Below, piece after piece: positions 1 through 12,500 of a stretch of 64,000 nt of DNA. This DNA comes from Escherichia coli (lineage in GTDB: Bacteria; Pseudomonadota; Gammaproteobacteria; Enterobacterales; Enterobacteriaceae), in the NCBI RefSeq assembly GCF_044324875.1, contig NZ_CP172185.1; one strand, given 5' to 3'. Position numbers and translations under genes: made by a program. The notes under the pieces are model-generated. The model did no database searches. It was not told the origin of the DNA and saw nothing but the letters and a program-made list of their open reading frames with translations. Each line of letters begins with the position of its first letter. Position 1 is the stretch's first letter.

Positions 1-99
1 CAGCTGTGCGACCCGGTGTTCATCAATTGTCGCCAACACAACATCAACACCATCAAGGCTGGTGCCTGACATAACGCCAATAAAGCGGCCCGATTTCAT
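1..99 (-). CDS. anmK: anhydro-N-acetylmuramic acid kinase, 5' end only (gene continues beyond window start)
   Basis: Reverse-strand translation from ATG at 97-99 gives [28 protein letters not shown]..., the recognised AnmK N-terminus; synteny next to slyB. Confidence 0.8.
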
Positions 100-232
100 A
101 GTTCATCCTTTTTCAATCTGACGTTTGCGCACCACTCAAACATAAACTTTTCGTGAATACCATGCGGAATGACCGATTTTTACCGTTGGTAGTAAAACAT
201 TATCTTCAAATCAATAATCATCATGAATGTTT

Positions 233-249
233 TGTTTATAATTGGTTGA
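233..249 (+). promoter_or_regulatory. PhoP-box-like direct repeat TGTTTA-N5-GGTTGA upstream of slyB
   Basis: Hexamer direct repeat with 5-nt spacer seen in sequence; slyB is a known PhoP-activated gene. Confidence 0.4.
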
Positions 250-372
250 TCCTACTTTCATTATGATTTGCTCATATTTGGTAGAACATGTAACCATGGA
301 TTCACATATGCCATATACTTTGACCATGAGGGATGCTTGCGTGGCGTTTCATGGTGAACAGGAGATTTTTCA

Positions 373-840
373 ATGATTAAACGCGTATTGGTTGTTTCAA
401 TGGTAGGTCTGTCTCTTGTCGGTTGTGTTAATAACGACACCCTGTCAGGGGATGTTTATACCGCTTCTGAAGCGAAACAAGTACAGAATGTCAGCTATGG
501 CACCATCGTTAACGTACGTCCGGTACAGATTCAGGGCGGTGATGATTCCAACGTTATCGGCGCAATTGGCGGTGCTGTTCTTGGTGGTTTCCTGGGGAAT
601 ACTGTTGGTGGCGGAACCGGGCGTTCTCTGGCTACTGCAGCAGGCGCTGTTGCAGGTGGCGTAGCCGGTCAGGGCGTACAGAGTGCAATGAACAAAACGC
701 AGGGTGTCGAGCTGGAAATTCGTAAAGACGATGGTAATACCATCATGGTGGTACAGAAACAAGGCAACACTCGTTTCTCTCCGGGCCAACGTGTCGTACT
801 GGCCAGCAATGGCAGTCAGGTGACCGTTTCTCCGCGCTAA
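373..840 (+). CDS. slyB: outer membrane lipoprotein SlyB
   Basis: 155-aa ORF with lipoprotein signal (LVGC) and Gly-rich region; recognised sequence and synteny. Confidence 0.92.
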   Translation: MIKRVLVVSMVGLSLVGCVNNDTLSGDVYTASEAKQVQNVSYGTIVNVRPVQIQGGDDSNVIGAIGGAVLGGFLGNTVGGGTGRSLATAAGAVAGGVAGQGVQSAMNKTQGVELEIRKDDGNTIMVVQKQGNTRFSPGQRVVLASNGSQVTVSPR

Positions 841-885
841 ATAGTTTGCGTGTGGTCAGGTTACTGACCACACGCCTCCTTCATT

Positions 886-1320
886 TCACCCTTTGGCCTG
901 TAACTCAATGATATTATGCTCAAGTTTTGCGATGAGCTTAATCAGTTGTTCCAGTTCCTCTGCGGAGATGCCATGTAAAATTTCCGCGCGGGTTTTGTTA
1001 ATAACAGCTTCCATTTCGCTGATCAGCGGCTCTGCCTTTTCCGTCAGTTTAATACGTTTAGCCCGACGATCGCTGGCACAAGTTTGACGCGAAATTAACC
1101 CTTTTTCTTCCAGTTGGTCCAGAGTACGGACCAGTGATGGCTGCTCGATGCCAATCGCTTTTGCCAGTTGAATTTGCGACTGGTCTGGAGGTAACTGATG
1201 GATATTGTGTAACGTAACCCAATGGGTTTGTGTTAACTCCAGCGGTTTCAGGCGATGGTCTATCAGAGCACGCCATATGCGCACCAACCGTGCCAGATCA
1301 GAACCTAGTGGCGATTCCAA
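886..1320 (-). CDS. slyA: MarR-family transcriptional regulator SlyA (TTG start at 1318-1320 preferred; ATG at 1324-1326 lies too close to the SD)
   Basis: [29 protein letters not shown]...; winged-helix MarR family; synteny. Confidence 0.9.
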
Positions 1321-1520
1321 TTTCATCTCCTTATAATTAGCTTGCTAAGATATTATGCGGCTTTTAGAATAGTGTGCAGCAATTGTATTGCTAAAACAAA
1401 TGTATTGCTGCATTTGGTTACCGTCAGACATATTTTTCAGAAATTGCGCGTAAATTTTTCGCACTTAAAGAATATTTATTAATCTAACGCAATATATTCG
1501 GTCGTAAAGGAATCTACTTT

Positions 1521-1757
1521 GTGAAGTTTATGCTCAATGCAACAGGATTGCCCTTACAAGATCTGGTGTTCGGTGCGTCCGTCTACTTTCCTCCGTTTTT
1601 CAAAGCCTTCGCGTTTGGATTCGTCATCTGGCTTGTCGTACACCGCCTGCTTCGTGGCTGGATCTACGCCGGTGACATCTGGCATCCCTTGTTAATGGAT
1701 TTATCGCTGTTTGCGATTTGCGTTTGCCTTGCCCTGGCAATACTGATTGCGTGGTAA
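1521..1757 (+). CDS. ydhI: small inner-membrane protein (DUF1656-type)
   Basis: 78-aa hydrophobic ORF immediately upstream of ydhJ; synteny. Confidence 0.8.
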
Positions 1758-1759
1758 CT

Positions 1760-2617
1760 ATGTCAATTAAAACAATTAAGTATTTCTCAACAATCATTGT
1801 AGCGGTAGTTGCGGTTCTTGCCGGATGGTGGCTGTGGAATTATTACATGCAATCTCCGTGGACACGCGACGGGAAAATACGCGCAGAACAGGTTTCTATC
1901 ACCCCTCAGGTGTCGGGACGTATTGTTGAGCTGAATATAAAAGACAACCAACTGGTTAACGCGGGGGATCTTCTGCTCACGATCGATAAAACGCCCTTTC
2001 AGATCGCCGAGCTGAACGCACAGGCTCAGCTGGCGAAAGCGCAATCTGACCTCGCAAAAGCCAATAACGAAGCGAATCGTCGTCGTCATCTCTCACAAAA
2101 TTTTATTTCTGCCGAAGAACTCGATACCGCTAACCTCAATGTTAAAGCGATGCAGGCCAGTGTTGATGCCGCACAGGCGACGCTGAAACAGGCACAATGG
2201 CAACTGGCGCAAACGGAAATTCGCGCCCCGGTGAGTGGATGGGTGACTAACCTCACTACCCGCATCGGCGATTACGCTGACACCGGGAAACCGCTGTTTG
2301 CCCTTGTCGACAGCCACTCGTTTTACGTCATTGGTTATTTTGAAGAAACCAAGTTGCGCCATATCCGCGAAGGTGCACCAGCACAAATTACCCTCTATAG
2401 TGATAACAAAACGTTACAGGGTCACGTTTCCAGTATCGGTCGGGCGATTTATGATCAGAGCGTTGAAAGTGACTCAAGCCTTATTCCGGATGTGAAACCT
2501 AACGTCCCCTGGGTTCGACTTGCCCAACGCGTTCCCGTCCGCTTTGCGCTGGATAAAGTCCCAGGCGATGTCACGCTGGTGTCGGGCACCACCTGTAGCA
2601 TTGCCGTAGGTCAATAA
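1760..2617 (+). CDS. ydhJ: HlyD-family membrane fusion protein
   Basis: ATG at 1760 in the frame of ORF 1718..2617; N-terminal TM segment plus coiled-coil; 285 aa. Confidence 0.85.
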   Translation: MSIKTIKYFSTIIVAVVAVLAGWWLWNYYMQSPWTRDGKIRAEQVSITPQVSGRIVELNIKDNQLVNAGDLLLTIDKTPFQIAELNAQAQLAKAQSDLAKANNEANRRRHLSQNFISAEELDTANLNVKAMQASVDAAQATLKQAQWQLAQTEIRAPVSGWVTNLTTRIGDYADTGKPLFALVDSHSFYVIGYFEETKLRHIREGAPAQITLYSDNKTLQGHVSSIGRAIYDQSVESDSSLIPDVKPNVPWVRLAQRVPVRFALDKVPGDVTLVSGTTCSIAVGQ

Positions 2618-4629
2618 TGAACGCATCGTCATGGTCCTTGCGCAATTTGCCCTGGTTCAGGGCCACGCTGGCGCAATGGCGTTATGCGTTACGCAATACC
2701 ATTGCCATGTGTCTGGCGCTGACGGTTGCCTATTATTTAAATCTGGATGAACCCTATTGGGCGATGACCTCGGCTGCCGTGGTTAGCTTTCCCACCGTTG
2801 GCGGTGTCATCAGCAAAAGCCTCGGACGCATCGCTGGCAGTTTGCTCGGAGCCATTGCGGCACTGCTTCTTGCCGGACATACGCTCAATGAGCCGTGGTT
2901 TTTTCTTTTGAGCATGGCGGCGTGGCTTGGCTTTTGTACCTGGGCCTGTGCGCACTTCACGAATAATGTCGCGTATGCATTTCAACTGGCGGGCTACACG
3001 GCTGCCATCATCGCCTTTCCGATGGTTAATATTACTGAGGCCAGCCAGCTGTGGGATATCGCTCAGGCGCGCGTTTGCGAGGTGATTGTCGGTATTTTGT
3101 GCGGCGGCATGATGATGATGATCCTGCCGAGCAGTTCCGATGCTACTGCCCTTTTAACCGCATTGAAAAACATGCACGCCCGATTACTGGAACATGCCAG
3201 TTTACTCTGGCAGCCTGAAACAACCGATGCCATTCGTGCAGCACATGAGGGGGTGATTGGACAGATACTGACCATGAATTTGCTCCGTATCCAGGCTTTC
3301 TGGAGCCACTATCGTTTTCGCCAGCAAAACGCACGCCTTAATGCGCTGCTCCACCAGCAATTACGTATGACCAGTGTCATCTCCAGCCTGCGACGTATGT
3401 TGCTCAACTGGCCCTCACCGCCATGTGCCACACGAGAAATTCTCGAACAGCTGCTGACGGCGCTCGCCAGTTCGCAAACAGATGTTTACACCGTCGCACG
3501 TATTATCGCCCCGCTACGCCCGACCAACGTCGCCGACTACCGGCACGTCGCCTTCTGGCAGCGACTACGTTATTTTTGCCGCCTTTATCTGCAAAGTAGT
3601 CAGGAATTACATCGTCTGCAAAGCGGTGTGGATGATCATACCAGACTCCCACGGACATCCGGCCTGGCTCGTCATACCGATAACGCCGAAGCTATGTGGA
3701 GCGGACTGCGTACATTTTGTACGTTGATGATGATTGGCGCATGGAGTATTGCTTCGCAATGGGATGCCGGTGCCAATGCATTAACGCTGGCAGCAATTAG
3801 CTGCGTACTCTACTCCGCCGTCGCAGCACCGTTTAAGTCGTTGTCACTGCTGATGCGCACGCTGGTGTTACTTTCGCTATTCAGCTTTGTGGTCAAATTT
3901 GGCCTGATGGTCCAGATTAGCGATCTGTGGCAATTTTTACTGTTTCTCTTTCCACTGCTGGCGACGATGCAGCTTCTTAAATTGCAGATGCCCAAATTTG
4001 CCGCACTGTGGGGGCAACTGATTGTTTTTATGGGTTCGTTTATCGCTGTCACTAATCCCCCGGTGTATGATTTTGCTGATTTTCTTAACGATAATTTGGC
4101 AAAAATCGTTGGCGTCGCGTTGGCGTGGTTAGCGTTCGCCATTTTGCGTCCAGGGTCGGATGCTCGTAAAAGCCGTCGTCATATTCGCGCGCTGCGCCGG
4201 GATTTTGTCGATCAACTAAGCCGCCATCCAACACTGAGTGAAAGCGAATTTGAATCGCTCACTTATCATCACGTCAGTCAGTTGAGTAACAGCCAGGATG
4301 CGCTGGCTCGCCGTTGGTTATTACGCTGGGGTGTAGTGCTGCTGAACTGTTCTCATGTTGTCTGGCAATTACGCGACTGGGAATCGCGTTCCGATCCGTT
4401 ATCGCGAGTACGGGATAACTGTATTTCACTGTTGCGGGGAGTGATGAGTGAGCGTGGCGTTCAGCAAAAATCACTGGCGACCACACTTGAAGAATTACAG
4501 CGGATTTGTGACAGCCTTGCCCGTCATCATCAACCTGCTGCCCGTGAGCTGGCGGCAATTGTCTGGCGGCTGTACTGCTCGCTTTCGCAACTTGAGCAAG
4601 CACCGCCACAAGGTACGCTGGCCTCTTAA
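2617..4629 (+). CDS. ydhK: FUSC-family inner membrane efflux protein
   Basis: 670-aa polytopic membrane ORF whose start overlaps the ydhJ stop; synteny. Confidence 0.85.
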   Translation: MNASSWSLRNLPWFRATLAQWRYALRNTIAMCLALTVAYYLNLDEPYWAMTSAAVVSFPTVGGVISKSLGRIAGSLLGAIAALLLAGHTLNEPWFFLLSMAAWLGFCTWACAHFTNNVAYAFQLAGYTAAIIAFPMVNITEASQLWDIAQARVCEVIVGILCGGMMMMILPSSSDATALLTALKNMHARLLEHASLLWQPETTDAIRAAHEGVIGQILTMNLLRIQAFWSHYRFRQQNARLNALLHQQLRMTSVISSLRRMLLNWPSPPCATREILEQLLTALASSQTDVYTVARIIAPLRPTNVADYRHVAFWQRLRYFCRLYLQSSQELHRLQSGVDDHTRLPRTSGLARHTDNAEAMWSGLRTFCTLMMIGAWSIASQWDAGANALTLAAISCVLYSAVAAPFKSLSLLMRTLVLLSLFSFVVKFGLMVQISDLWQFLLFLFPLLATMQLLKLQMPKFAALWGQLIVFMGSFIAVTNPPVYDFADFLNDNLAKIVGVALAWLAFAILRPGSDARKSRRHIRALRRDFVDQLSRHPTLSESEFESLTYHHVSQLSNSQDALARRWLLRWGVVLLNCSHVVWQLRDWESRSDPLSRVRDNCISLLRGVMSERGVQQKSLATTLEELQRICDSLARHHQPAARELAAIVWRLYCSLSQLEQAPPQGTLAS

Positions 4630-5151
4630 TTACTTAATTACACCACAGGCATAGCGTTCACCGCCACCGCCCAGCGGTTTAGGTTGATCGGACATATTAT
4701 CGCCGCCAACGTGGACCATCAGTGCTTTGTCTTTGACTTCATCCAGTGATTTCAGACGAGGTGCGATGACGGCATCGGTAGCTTTGCCGTCATTATTGAC
4801 GACCAGTGCAGGCAGATCGCCTAAATGCCCGGCACCTTCTGGCCCTTCATGTTTACCGGTATTTTGTGGATCAAGATGCCCGCCTGCGGATTCCGCGGCG
4901 CTGGCTTTGCCATCTTTGGTGGCTGGCTGGCAGCTTCCTTTGGCATGAATATGGAAGCCATGTTCACCGGGGGGTAATGCTTTCAGATCGGGCGAAAACT
5001 CCAGACCTTTATCGGTTTCAGTAATGGTGACGCTACCAATTGACTGCCCAACCCCTTGCGACGTGACGAGGTTCATCTCGACTTTTTCACTGGCAGCTTG
5101 TGCGCCGGTCGCAACAACCAGCGCCAGAATGGCCAGACTAAAACGTTTCAT
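4630..5151 (-). CDS. sodC: periplasmic Cu/Zn superoxide dismutase
   Basis: Start at internal MKRFSLAILALVVATGAQA signal peptide; His-rich Cu/Zn SOD motifs (GFHIHAKGSC, GGGGERYACGVI). Confidence 0.92.
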   Translation of the reverse strand: MKRFSLAILALVVATGAQAASEKVEMNLVTSQGVGQSIGSVTITETDKGLEFSPDLKALPPGEHGFHIHAKGSCQPATKDGKASAAESAGGHLDPQNTGKHEGPEGAGHLGDLPALVVNNDGKATDAVIAPRLKSLDEVKDKALMVHVGGDNMSDQPKPLGGGGERYACGVIK

Positions 5152-5231
5152 AGGACCTCCGTTCATTGTGCATTCCTGAATAAGTGTAAACCAGTGACAC
5201 ATTTTTGAACGGCGGCTATTCCTAAAAGTGC

Positions 5232-6128
5232 TTACGGTACGTCGTAACCCAGTGCCGCTTTACGGATACGGAACCATTGTTGACGGGTCATTTTCAGTGT
5301 TTCTGCTTCGACAGCTGCCCGTACGCGCTCAATTTTACCTGAGCCGATAATTGGCAGCGGCTGCGACGGTAAACGTAATACCCAGGCGTAAACCACCTGT
5401 TCAATCGAGCCCGCGTTTAACTCCTCCGCCACCACAGCCAGTTCATCACGCAGCGGCTGGAAATAATCATCATTAAACAGACGACCACCACCAAGGCAGG
5501 ACCACGCCATCGGACGAACACGCAGTTGTTGCAGTTGGTCGAGCGTGCCATCCAGCAGTAACGGCTGATGCACCGGGGATATTTCCACCTGATTAGTGGC
5601 AAGGGTAAACGGCAGACGTGATTGCAACAGGGCAAATTGCGCAGGCGTAAAGTTCGATACGCCAAAATGGCGCACTTTGCCGCTCTGATGCAGATGTTTA
5701 AACGCGTCCGCCACTTCATCGGCATCCATTAACGGGTCTGGTCGGTGGATTAACAGCAGATCCAGATGATCGGTCGCGAGATTAATTAGCGACTGTTCGG
5801 CGCTCTTAATGATGTGATCGCGGTCAGTGATGTAATGACCAATGACGTTTTCTTCACGCGCGGTCGTCGCGATACCGCATTTACTGACGATTTCCATCCG
5901 TTCACGCAGATGAGGTGCAAGTTTCAGCGCCTCGCCAAACGCCGCTTCGCACTGATAGCCACCATAAATATCAGCATGGTCCACGGTGGTCACGCCGAGA
6001 TCCAGATGCTCTTCAATAAAACTGACCAGCTGGCGGGCGGACATATTCCAGTCCATCAATCGCCAGTAGCCCATCACAAAACGGGAAAACTCCGGGCCTT
6101 GCGGCGCAATAGTAATACGCTGAACCAT
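5232..6128 (-). CDS. ydhF: aldo/keto reductase family oxidoreductase
   Basis: 298-aa ORF; recognised sequence and synteny. Confidence 0.85.
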   Translation of the reverse strand: MVQRITIAPQGPEFSRFVMGYWRLMDWNMSARQLVSFIEEHLDLGVTTVDHADIYGGYQCEAAFGEALKLAPHLRERMEIVSKCGIATTAREENVIGHYITDRDHIIKSAEQSLINLATDHLDLLLIHRPDPLMDADEVADAFKHLHQSGKVRHFGVSNFTPAQFALLQSRLPFTLATNQVEISPVHQPLLLDGTLDQLQQLRVRPMAWSCLGGGRLFNDDYFQPLRDELAVVAEELNAGSIEQVVYAWVLRLPSQPLPIIGSGKIERVRAAVEAETLKMTRQQWFRIRKAALGYDVP

Positions 6129-6176
6129 AATCGCTTCCTCTTATCAGATATGAGAGGAGTATACGCAAGATTAGAC

Positions 6177-6416
6177 TCAAAAGAGTGATGGTTGCTCCGG
6201 TTCGTCTGATGACGCTGGCTTATTTGCGCGTAATTTGCGCATTAATCGCTGCCGACAAAGGCGCAGCACCTCTTGTTTTTCGCCATCGCTCATTTTATTC
6301 CAGTTAAAACGCTCATCCCGACTACGAAAACAGCCGCGACAAAACCCGCGTTCGTCAGACTGGCAAATTCCCCGGCACGGGCTCTGTACGGGAAAGAACT
6401 CTAATTGCTCCGCCAC
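6177..6416 (-). CDS. ydhL: Cys-rich DUF1289 protein
   Basis: 79-aa ORF with CxxC...CxxC motifs; synteny. Confidence 0.75.
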   Translation of the reverse strand: MAEQLEFFPVQSPCRGICQSDERGFCRGCFRSRDERFNWNKMSDGEKQEVLRLCRQRLMRKLRANKPASSDEPEQPSLF

Positions 6417-6489
6417 TTCGCCCTCCTCAAAATAAGATTATTACCATTATTGAAGCTGTTAATGCCCAAAGTAGCAACTTTGCTTGCAC

Positions 6490-6505
6490 TAGACCGACTG
6501 GTCTA
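6490..6505. promoter_or_regulatory. palindrome TAGACC-N4-GGTCTA in nemR promoter region (candidate NemR operator)
   Basis: Perfect 6-bp inverted repeat with 4-bp spacer about 15 bp upstream of nemR start. Confidence 0.45.
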
Positions 6506-6519
6506 CTACACTCCAACGC

Positions 6520-7119
6520 ATGAACAAACACACCGAACATGATACTCGCGAACATCTCCTGGCAACGGGCGAGCAACTTTGCCTGCAACGTGGATTCACC
6601 GGGATGGGGCTAAGCGAATTACTAAAAACCGCTGAAGTGCCGAAAGGGTCCTTCTATCACTACTTTCGCTCTAAAGAAGCGTTTGGCGTTGCCATGCTTG
6701 AGCGCCATTACGCCGCATATCACCAGCGACTGACTGAGTTGCTGCAATCCGGCGAAGGTAACTACCGCGACCGCATACTGGCTTATTACCAGCAAACACT
6801 GAACCAGTTTTGCCAACATGGAACCATCAGTGGTTGCCTGACAGTAAAACTCTCTGCCGAAGTGTGCGATCTGTCAGAAGATATGCGTAGCGCGATGGAT
6901 AAAGGCGCTCGCGGCGTGATCGTTCTGCTCTCGCAGGCGCTGGAAAATGGCCGTGATAGCCATTGTTTAACCTTTTGTGGCGAACCGCTGCAACAGGCAC
7001 AAGTGCTTTACGCACTATGGCTGGGTGCGAATCTGCAGGCCAAAATTTCGCGCAATTCCGAGCCACTGGAAAACGCGCTGGCACATGTAAAAACCATTAT
7101 TGCGACGCCTGCCGTTTAG
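6520..7119 (+). CDS. nemR: TetR-family repressor NemR
   Basis: 199-aa ORF with N-terminal TetR HTH; directly upstream of nemA. Confidence 0.9.
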   Translation: MNKHTEHDTREHLLATGEQLCLQRGFTGMGLSELLKTAEVPKGSFYHYFRSKEAFGVAMLERHYAAYHQRLTELLQSGEGNYRDRILAYYQQTLNQFCQHGTISGCLTVKLSAEVCDLSEDMRSAMDKGARGVIVLLSQALENGRDSHCLTFCGEPLQQAQVLYALWLGANLQAKISRNSEPLENALAHVKTIIATPAV

Positions 7120-7155
7120 CAGGCATTTTTTATCACCAGACGACCGGGAGCCTTT

Positions 7156-8253
7156 ATGTCATCTGAAAAACTGTATTCCCCACTGAAAGTGGGCGCGATC
7201 ACGGCGGCAAACCGTATTTTTATGGCACCGCTGACGCGTCTGCGCAGTATTGAACCGGGTGACATCCCTACCCCGTTGATGGCGGAATACTATCGCCAAC
7301 GTGCCAGTGCCGGTTTGATTATTAGCGAAGCCACGCAAATTTCTGCCCAGGCAAAAGGGTATGCTGGTGCACCTGGCATCCATAGTCCGGAACAAATTGC
7401 CGCATGGAAAAAAATTACCGCTGGCGTTCATGCTGAAAATGGTCATATGGCCGTACAGCTGTGGCACACCGGACGCATTTCTCACGCCAGCCTGCAACCT
7501 GGCGGTCAGGCACCGGTAGCGCCTTCCGCACTTAGCGCGGGAACACGTACTTCTCTGCGCGATGAAAATGGTCAGGCGATCCGTGTTGAAACATCCATGC
7601 CGCGTGCGCTTGAACTGGAAGAGATTCCGGGTATCGTCAATGATTTCCGTCAGGCCATTGCTAACGCGCGTGAAGCCGGTTTTGATCTGGTAGAGCTCCA
7701 CTCTGCTCATGGTTATTTGCTGCATCAGTTCCTTTCTCCTTCTTCAAACCATCGTACCGATCAGTACGGCGGCAGCGTGGAAAATCGCGCACGTCTGGTG
7801 CTGGAAGTGGTCGATGCAGGGATTGAAGAATGGGGGGCCGATCGCATTGGCATTCGCGTTTCGCCAATCGGTACTTTCCAGAACACGGATAACGGCCCGA
7901 ATGAAGAAGCCGATGCACTGTATCTGATTGAACAACTGGGTAAACGCGGCATTGCTTATCTGCATATGTCAGAACCAGATTGGGCGGGAGGTGAACCGTA
8001 TACTGATGCGTTCCGCGAAAAAGTACGCGCCCGTTTCCACGGTCCGATTATCGGCGCAGGTGCATACACGGTAGAAAAAGCCGAAACGCTGATTGGCAAA
8101 GGGTTAATTGATGCGGTGGCATTTGGTCGTGACTGGATTGCGAACCCGGATCTGGTCGCCCGCTTGCAGCGCAAAGCTGAGCTTAACCCACAGCGTGCCG
8201 AAAGTTTTTACGGTGGCGGCGCGGAAGGCTACACTGATTACCCGACGCTATAA
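7156..8253 (+). CDS. nemA: N-ethylmaleimide reductase (Old Yellow Enzyme family)
   Basis: 365-aa OYE-family ORF; recognised sequence. Confidence 0.92.
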
Positions 8254-8333
8254 TCCAACATTGCGAGCGGCGCAAAGCCGCCGCTATACTAAAACAACAT
8301 TTTGAATCTGTTAGCCATTTTGAGGATATAAAG

Positions 8334-8741
8334 ATGCGTCTTCTTCATACCATGCTGCGCGTTGGCGATCTGCAACGCTCCATCGATTTTTATACCAAAG
8401 TACTGGGCATGAAACTGCTGCGTACCAGCGAAAACCCGGAATACAAATACTCACTGGCGTTTGTTGGCTACGGCCCGGAAACCGAAGAAGCGGTGATTGA
8501 ACTGACCTACAACTGGGGCGTGGATAAATACGAACTCGGCACTGCTTATGGTCACATCGCGCTTAGCGTTGATAACGCCGCTGAAGCGTGCGAAAAAATC
8601 CGTCAAAACGGGGGTAACGTCACCCGTGAAGCGGGTCCGGTAAAAGGCGGTACTACGGTTATCGCGTTTGTGGAAGATCCGGACGGTTACAAAATTGAGT
8701 TAATCGAAGAGAAAGACGCCGGTCGCGGTCTGGGCAACTAA
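8334..8741 (+). CDS. gloA: glyoxalase I (lactoylglutathione lyase)
   Basis: 135-aa [29 protein letters not shown]...; recognised. Confidence 0.93.
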
Positions 8742-8843
8742 TCTCCTGCCGGGCGTGAACTCATCGCGCCCGCATCTTTACTGCATCGACAAGTAATATT
8801 TGTCATAATGCGCGCTGCAATTTATCCGTATTAAGAGAATCAG

Positions 8844-9491
8844 ATGTCCGATAACGCTCAACTTACCGGTCTGTGCGACCGTTTTCGTGGTTTTTATCCT
8901 GTTGTGATCGATGTTGAAACAGCCGGATTTAACGCCAAAACCGATGCGCTGCTTGAGATTGCCGCCATCACCCTGAAAATGGATGAACAAGGCTGGCTGA
9001 TGCCGGACACCACATTACATTTCCACGTCGAACCATTTGTCGGCGCAAATTTGCAGCCAGAGGCCCTCGCCTTCAACGGCATTGACCCGAACGATCCCGA
9101 TCGCGGCGCGGTCAGCGAATACGAGGCGCTGCACGAAATTTTTAAAGCTGTACGTAAAGGCATTAAAGCGAGCGGCTGTAACCGCGCCATTATAGTGGCG
9201 CACAACGCCAATTTCGATCACAGCTTTATGATGGCCGCCGCAGAACGCGCCTCACTGAAACGTAACCCGTTCCACCCTTTCGCCACTTTTGACACTGCTG
9301 CACTTGCCGGGCTGGCACTCGGACAAACCGTATTGTCAAAGGCTTGCCAGACCGCTGGCATGGACTTCGACAGCACCCAGGCGCACTCCGCGCTGTACGA
9401 CACCGAACGCACTGCTGTGCTGTTTTGTGAAATCGTCAACCGCTGGAAACGTCTGGGAGGCTGGCCGCTACCTGCCGCCGAAGAGGTGTAA
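8844..9491 (+). CDS. rnt: ribonuclease T
   Basis: 215-aa DEDDh exonuclease ORF ([11 protein letters not shown] motif); recognised. Confidence 0.93.
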   Translation: MSDNAQLTGLCDRFRGFYPVVIDVETAGFNAKTDALLEIAAITLKMDEQGWLMPDTTLHFHVEPFVGANLQPEALAFNGIDPNDPDRGAVSEYEALHEIFKAVRKGIKASGCNRAIIVAHNANFDHSFMMAAAERASLKRNPFHPFATFDTAALAGLALGQTVLSKACQTAGMDFDSTQAHSALYDTERTAVLFCEIVNRWKRLGGWPLPAAEEV

Positions 9492-9583
9492 TCGAGTCGA
9501 TGCCTGATGACATGCAATGATTCAGGCATCTATAGTGAGGCTATTCCACGCATCATGCATGATATTCACGGGGAATAGCGTTA

Positions 9584-12500
9584 ATGGCAGATAATCCAAA
9601 CCTTTCATCGCCCCTGCCGGACGTGTTTTCACCGGCAACCCGCGACTGGTTTCTTCGCGCCTTTAAACAGCCGACCGCTGTCCAGTCGCAAACCTGGCAT
9701 GTGGCGGCGCGAGGCGAACATGCGCTGGTGATTGCACCGACTGGCTCCGGGAAAACGCTGGCAGCATTTCTCTACGCCCTCGATCAGCTCTTCCGCGAAG
9801 GCGGCGAAGATACCCGCGAGGCGCATAAACGTAAAACCTCACGCATCCTCTATATTTCACCGATCAAAGCTCTGGGCACCGACGTTCAGCGCAACTTGCA
9901 GATCCCGTTACAGGGTATTGCCGATGAACGGCGGCGGCGCGGCGAAACGGAAGTCAATCTTCGCGTGGGGATCCGTACTGGCGATACGCCTGCACAGGAA
10001 CGCAGCAAACTCACCCGTAATCCGCCGGATATTCTGATCACCACACCCGAATCACTCTATCTGATGCTGACCTCCCGCGCGCGCGAAACGCTACGCGGCG
10101 TCGAAACGGTAATTATTGATGAAGTCCACGCGGTAGCGGGCAGTAAACGTGGTGCGCATCTGGCGTTAAGTCTGGAGCGGCTCGATGCGCTGCTCCACAC
10201 CTCAGCACAGCGAATTGGCCTTTCTGCCACTGTACGCTCAGCCAGCGATGTTGCAGCATTTCTTGGTGGCGATCGCCCGGTTACGGTAGTAAACCCGCCC
10301 GCAATGCGCCATCCGCAGATACGGATTGTCGTACCGGTCGCCAATATGGATGATGTCTCATCGGTCGCCAGCGGCACCGGCGAAGACAGCCATGCCGGCC
10401 GAGAAGGCTCCATCTGGCCATATATTGAAACGGGTATCCTTGATGAAGTTTTGCGCCATCGCTCGACCATTGTCTTTACTAATTCACGCGGGCTGGCGGA
10501 AAAACTGACGGCACGATTGAATGAACTTTACGCCGCACGCTTACAGCGTTCCCCGTCTATCGCCGTTGATGCGGTCCATTTCGAGTCGACCTCCGGCGCA
10601 ACCTCTAACCGTGTACAAAATAGCGACATTTTTATTGCCCGCTCACACCACGGCTCCGTCTCTAAAGAACAACGAGCAATCACCGAACAGGCGCTGAAAT
10701 CGGGTGAATTACGCTGCGTGGTCGCAACCTCCAGTCTCGAACTGGGGATTGATATGGGCGCGGTGGATCTGGTGATTCAGGTGGCAACGCCGCTTTCTGT
10801 TGCCAGTGGGTTACAACGCATTGGACGTGCCGGACACCAGGTAGGTGGTATCTCCAAAGGGCTTTTTTTCCCCCGAACCAGGCGTGACTTAGTCGATTCC
10901 GCAGTCATTGTAGAGTGTATGTTCGCAGGCAGGCTGGAAAACCTGACACCGCCGCATAATCCACTCGACGTCCTTGCGCAGCAAACCGTTGCCGCCGCGG
11001 CGATGGATGCATTACAGGTAGACGAATGGTAATCCCGCGTACGCCGTGCCGCACCGTGGAAAGATCTGCCAAGACGTGTTTTTGACGCCACGCTGGATAT
11101 GCTTTCCGGGCGCTATCCCTCTGGCGATTTTTCTGCTTTTCGCCCCAAACTGGTCTGGAACCGGGAGACCGGGATATTGACCGCCCGACCTGGCGCTCAA
11201 TTGTTGGCGGTTACCAGCGGCGGCACCATTCCGGATCGTGGCATGTATAGCGTGTTATTACCCGAAGGTGAAGAACAGGCCGGTTCGCGGCGGGTGGGTG
11301 AACTGGATGAGGAGATGGTATATGAGTCGCGGGTGAACGACATTATCACTCTCGGCGCTACCTCATGGCGGATCCAGCAAATCACCCGCGATCAGGTGAT
11401 TGTGACTCCTGCTCCAGGTCGTTCTGCCCGCCTTCCCTTCTGGCGTGGTGAAGGTAACGGACGTCCGGCAGAATTAGGCGAGATGATCGGCGATTTTCTC
11501 CATTTACTGGCGGATGGCGCGTTCTTTTCCGGGACTATTCCCCCGTGGTTGGCAGAAGAAAATACGATCGCCAATATTCAGGGGTTGATTGACGAGCAGC
11601 GCAACGCGACGGGCATCGTTCCAGGTAGTCGTCATCTGGTCCTCGAACGGTGCCGTGATGAAATTGGTGACTGGCGTATTATTTTGCACTCTCCCTATGG
11701 AAGACGGGTGCATGAACCCTGGGCGCTGGCGATTGCCGGGCGAATACATGCACTATGGGGCGCTGACGCGTCTGTGGTTGCCAGTGATGACGGCATTGTT
11801 GCGCGCATTCCTGACACCGATGGTAAATTGCCTGATGCCGCGATTTTTTTGTTTGAACCAGAAAAGTTGCTGCAAATTGTCCGCGAGGCGGTAGGCAGCT
11901 CGGCACTTTTCGCCGCCCGTTTTCGCGAATGCTCCGCGCGGGCATTATTAATGCCGGGCCGCACGCCGGGCCATCGCACCCCGCTCTGGCAACAACGGCT
12001 GCGCGCCAGTCAGTTGCTGGAAATCGCTCAGGGATATCCGGATTTTCCGGTCATTCTCGAAACACTACGCGAATGTCTGCAAGATGTTTATGATCTTCCC
12101 GCGCTGGAACGTTTGATGCGTCGCCTGAACGGTGGCGAAATTCAAATATCCGATGTAACGACCACTACGCCTTCGCCTTTCGCCGCCAGTTTATTGTTCG
12201 GCTATGTCGCGGAATTTATGTACCAGAGCGACGCCCCGCTGGCAGAGCGCCGGGCATCCGTACTGTCGCTGGACAGCGAGTTACTGCGCAATCTACTCGG
12301 ACAGGTCGATCCGGGGGAATTACTCGACCCGCAGGTCATTCGCCAGGTGGAAGAAGAGTTGCAACGACTGGCTCCTGGCAGAAGAGCGAAAGGTGAAGAA
12401 GGATTGTTCGACCTGCTGCGCGAACTGGGGCCAATGACCGTTGAAGACCTGGCGCAACGACATACAGGCAGCAGTGAAGAGATTGCGTCGTATCTGGAAA

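Noticed and set aside
7159-8174. Numerous antisense or overlapping ORFs inside well-supported genes (e.g. 7159..7725 in nemA, 36508..36915 in the scaffold gene, 28039..28530 in istA, 43842..44606 in the tape measure)
   Set aside because: They are shadow ORFs within high-confidence coding regions on the opposite strand or in other frames, with no independent support.
9498-9530. Inverted repeat GATGCCTGA...TCAGGCATC between rnt and lhr as a terminator
   Set aside because: No U-tract follows and rnt-lhr are thought to be co-transcribed; it is more likely an RNA processing or attenuating structure, and the evidence is too weak to call.
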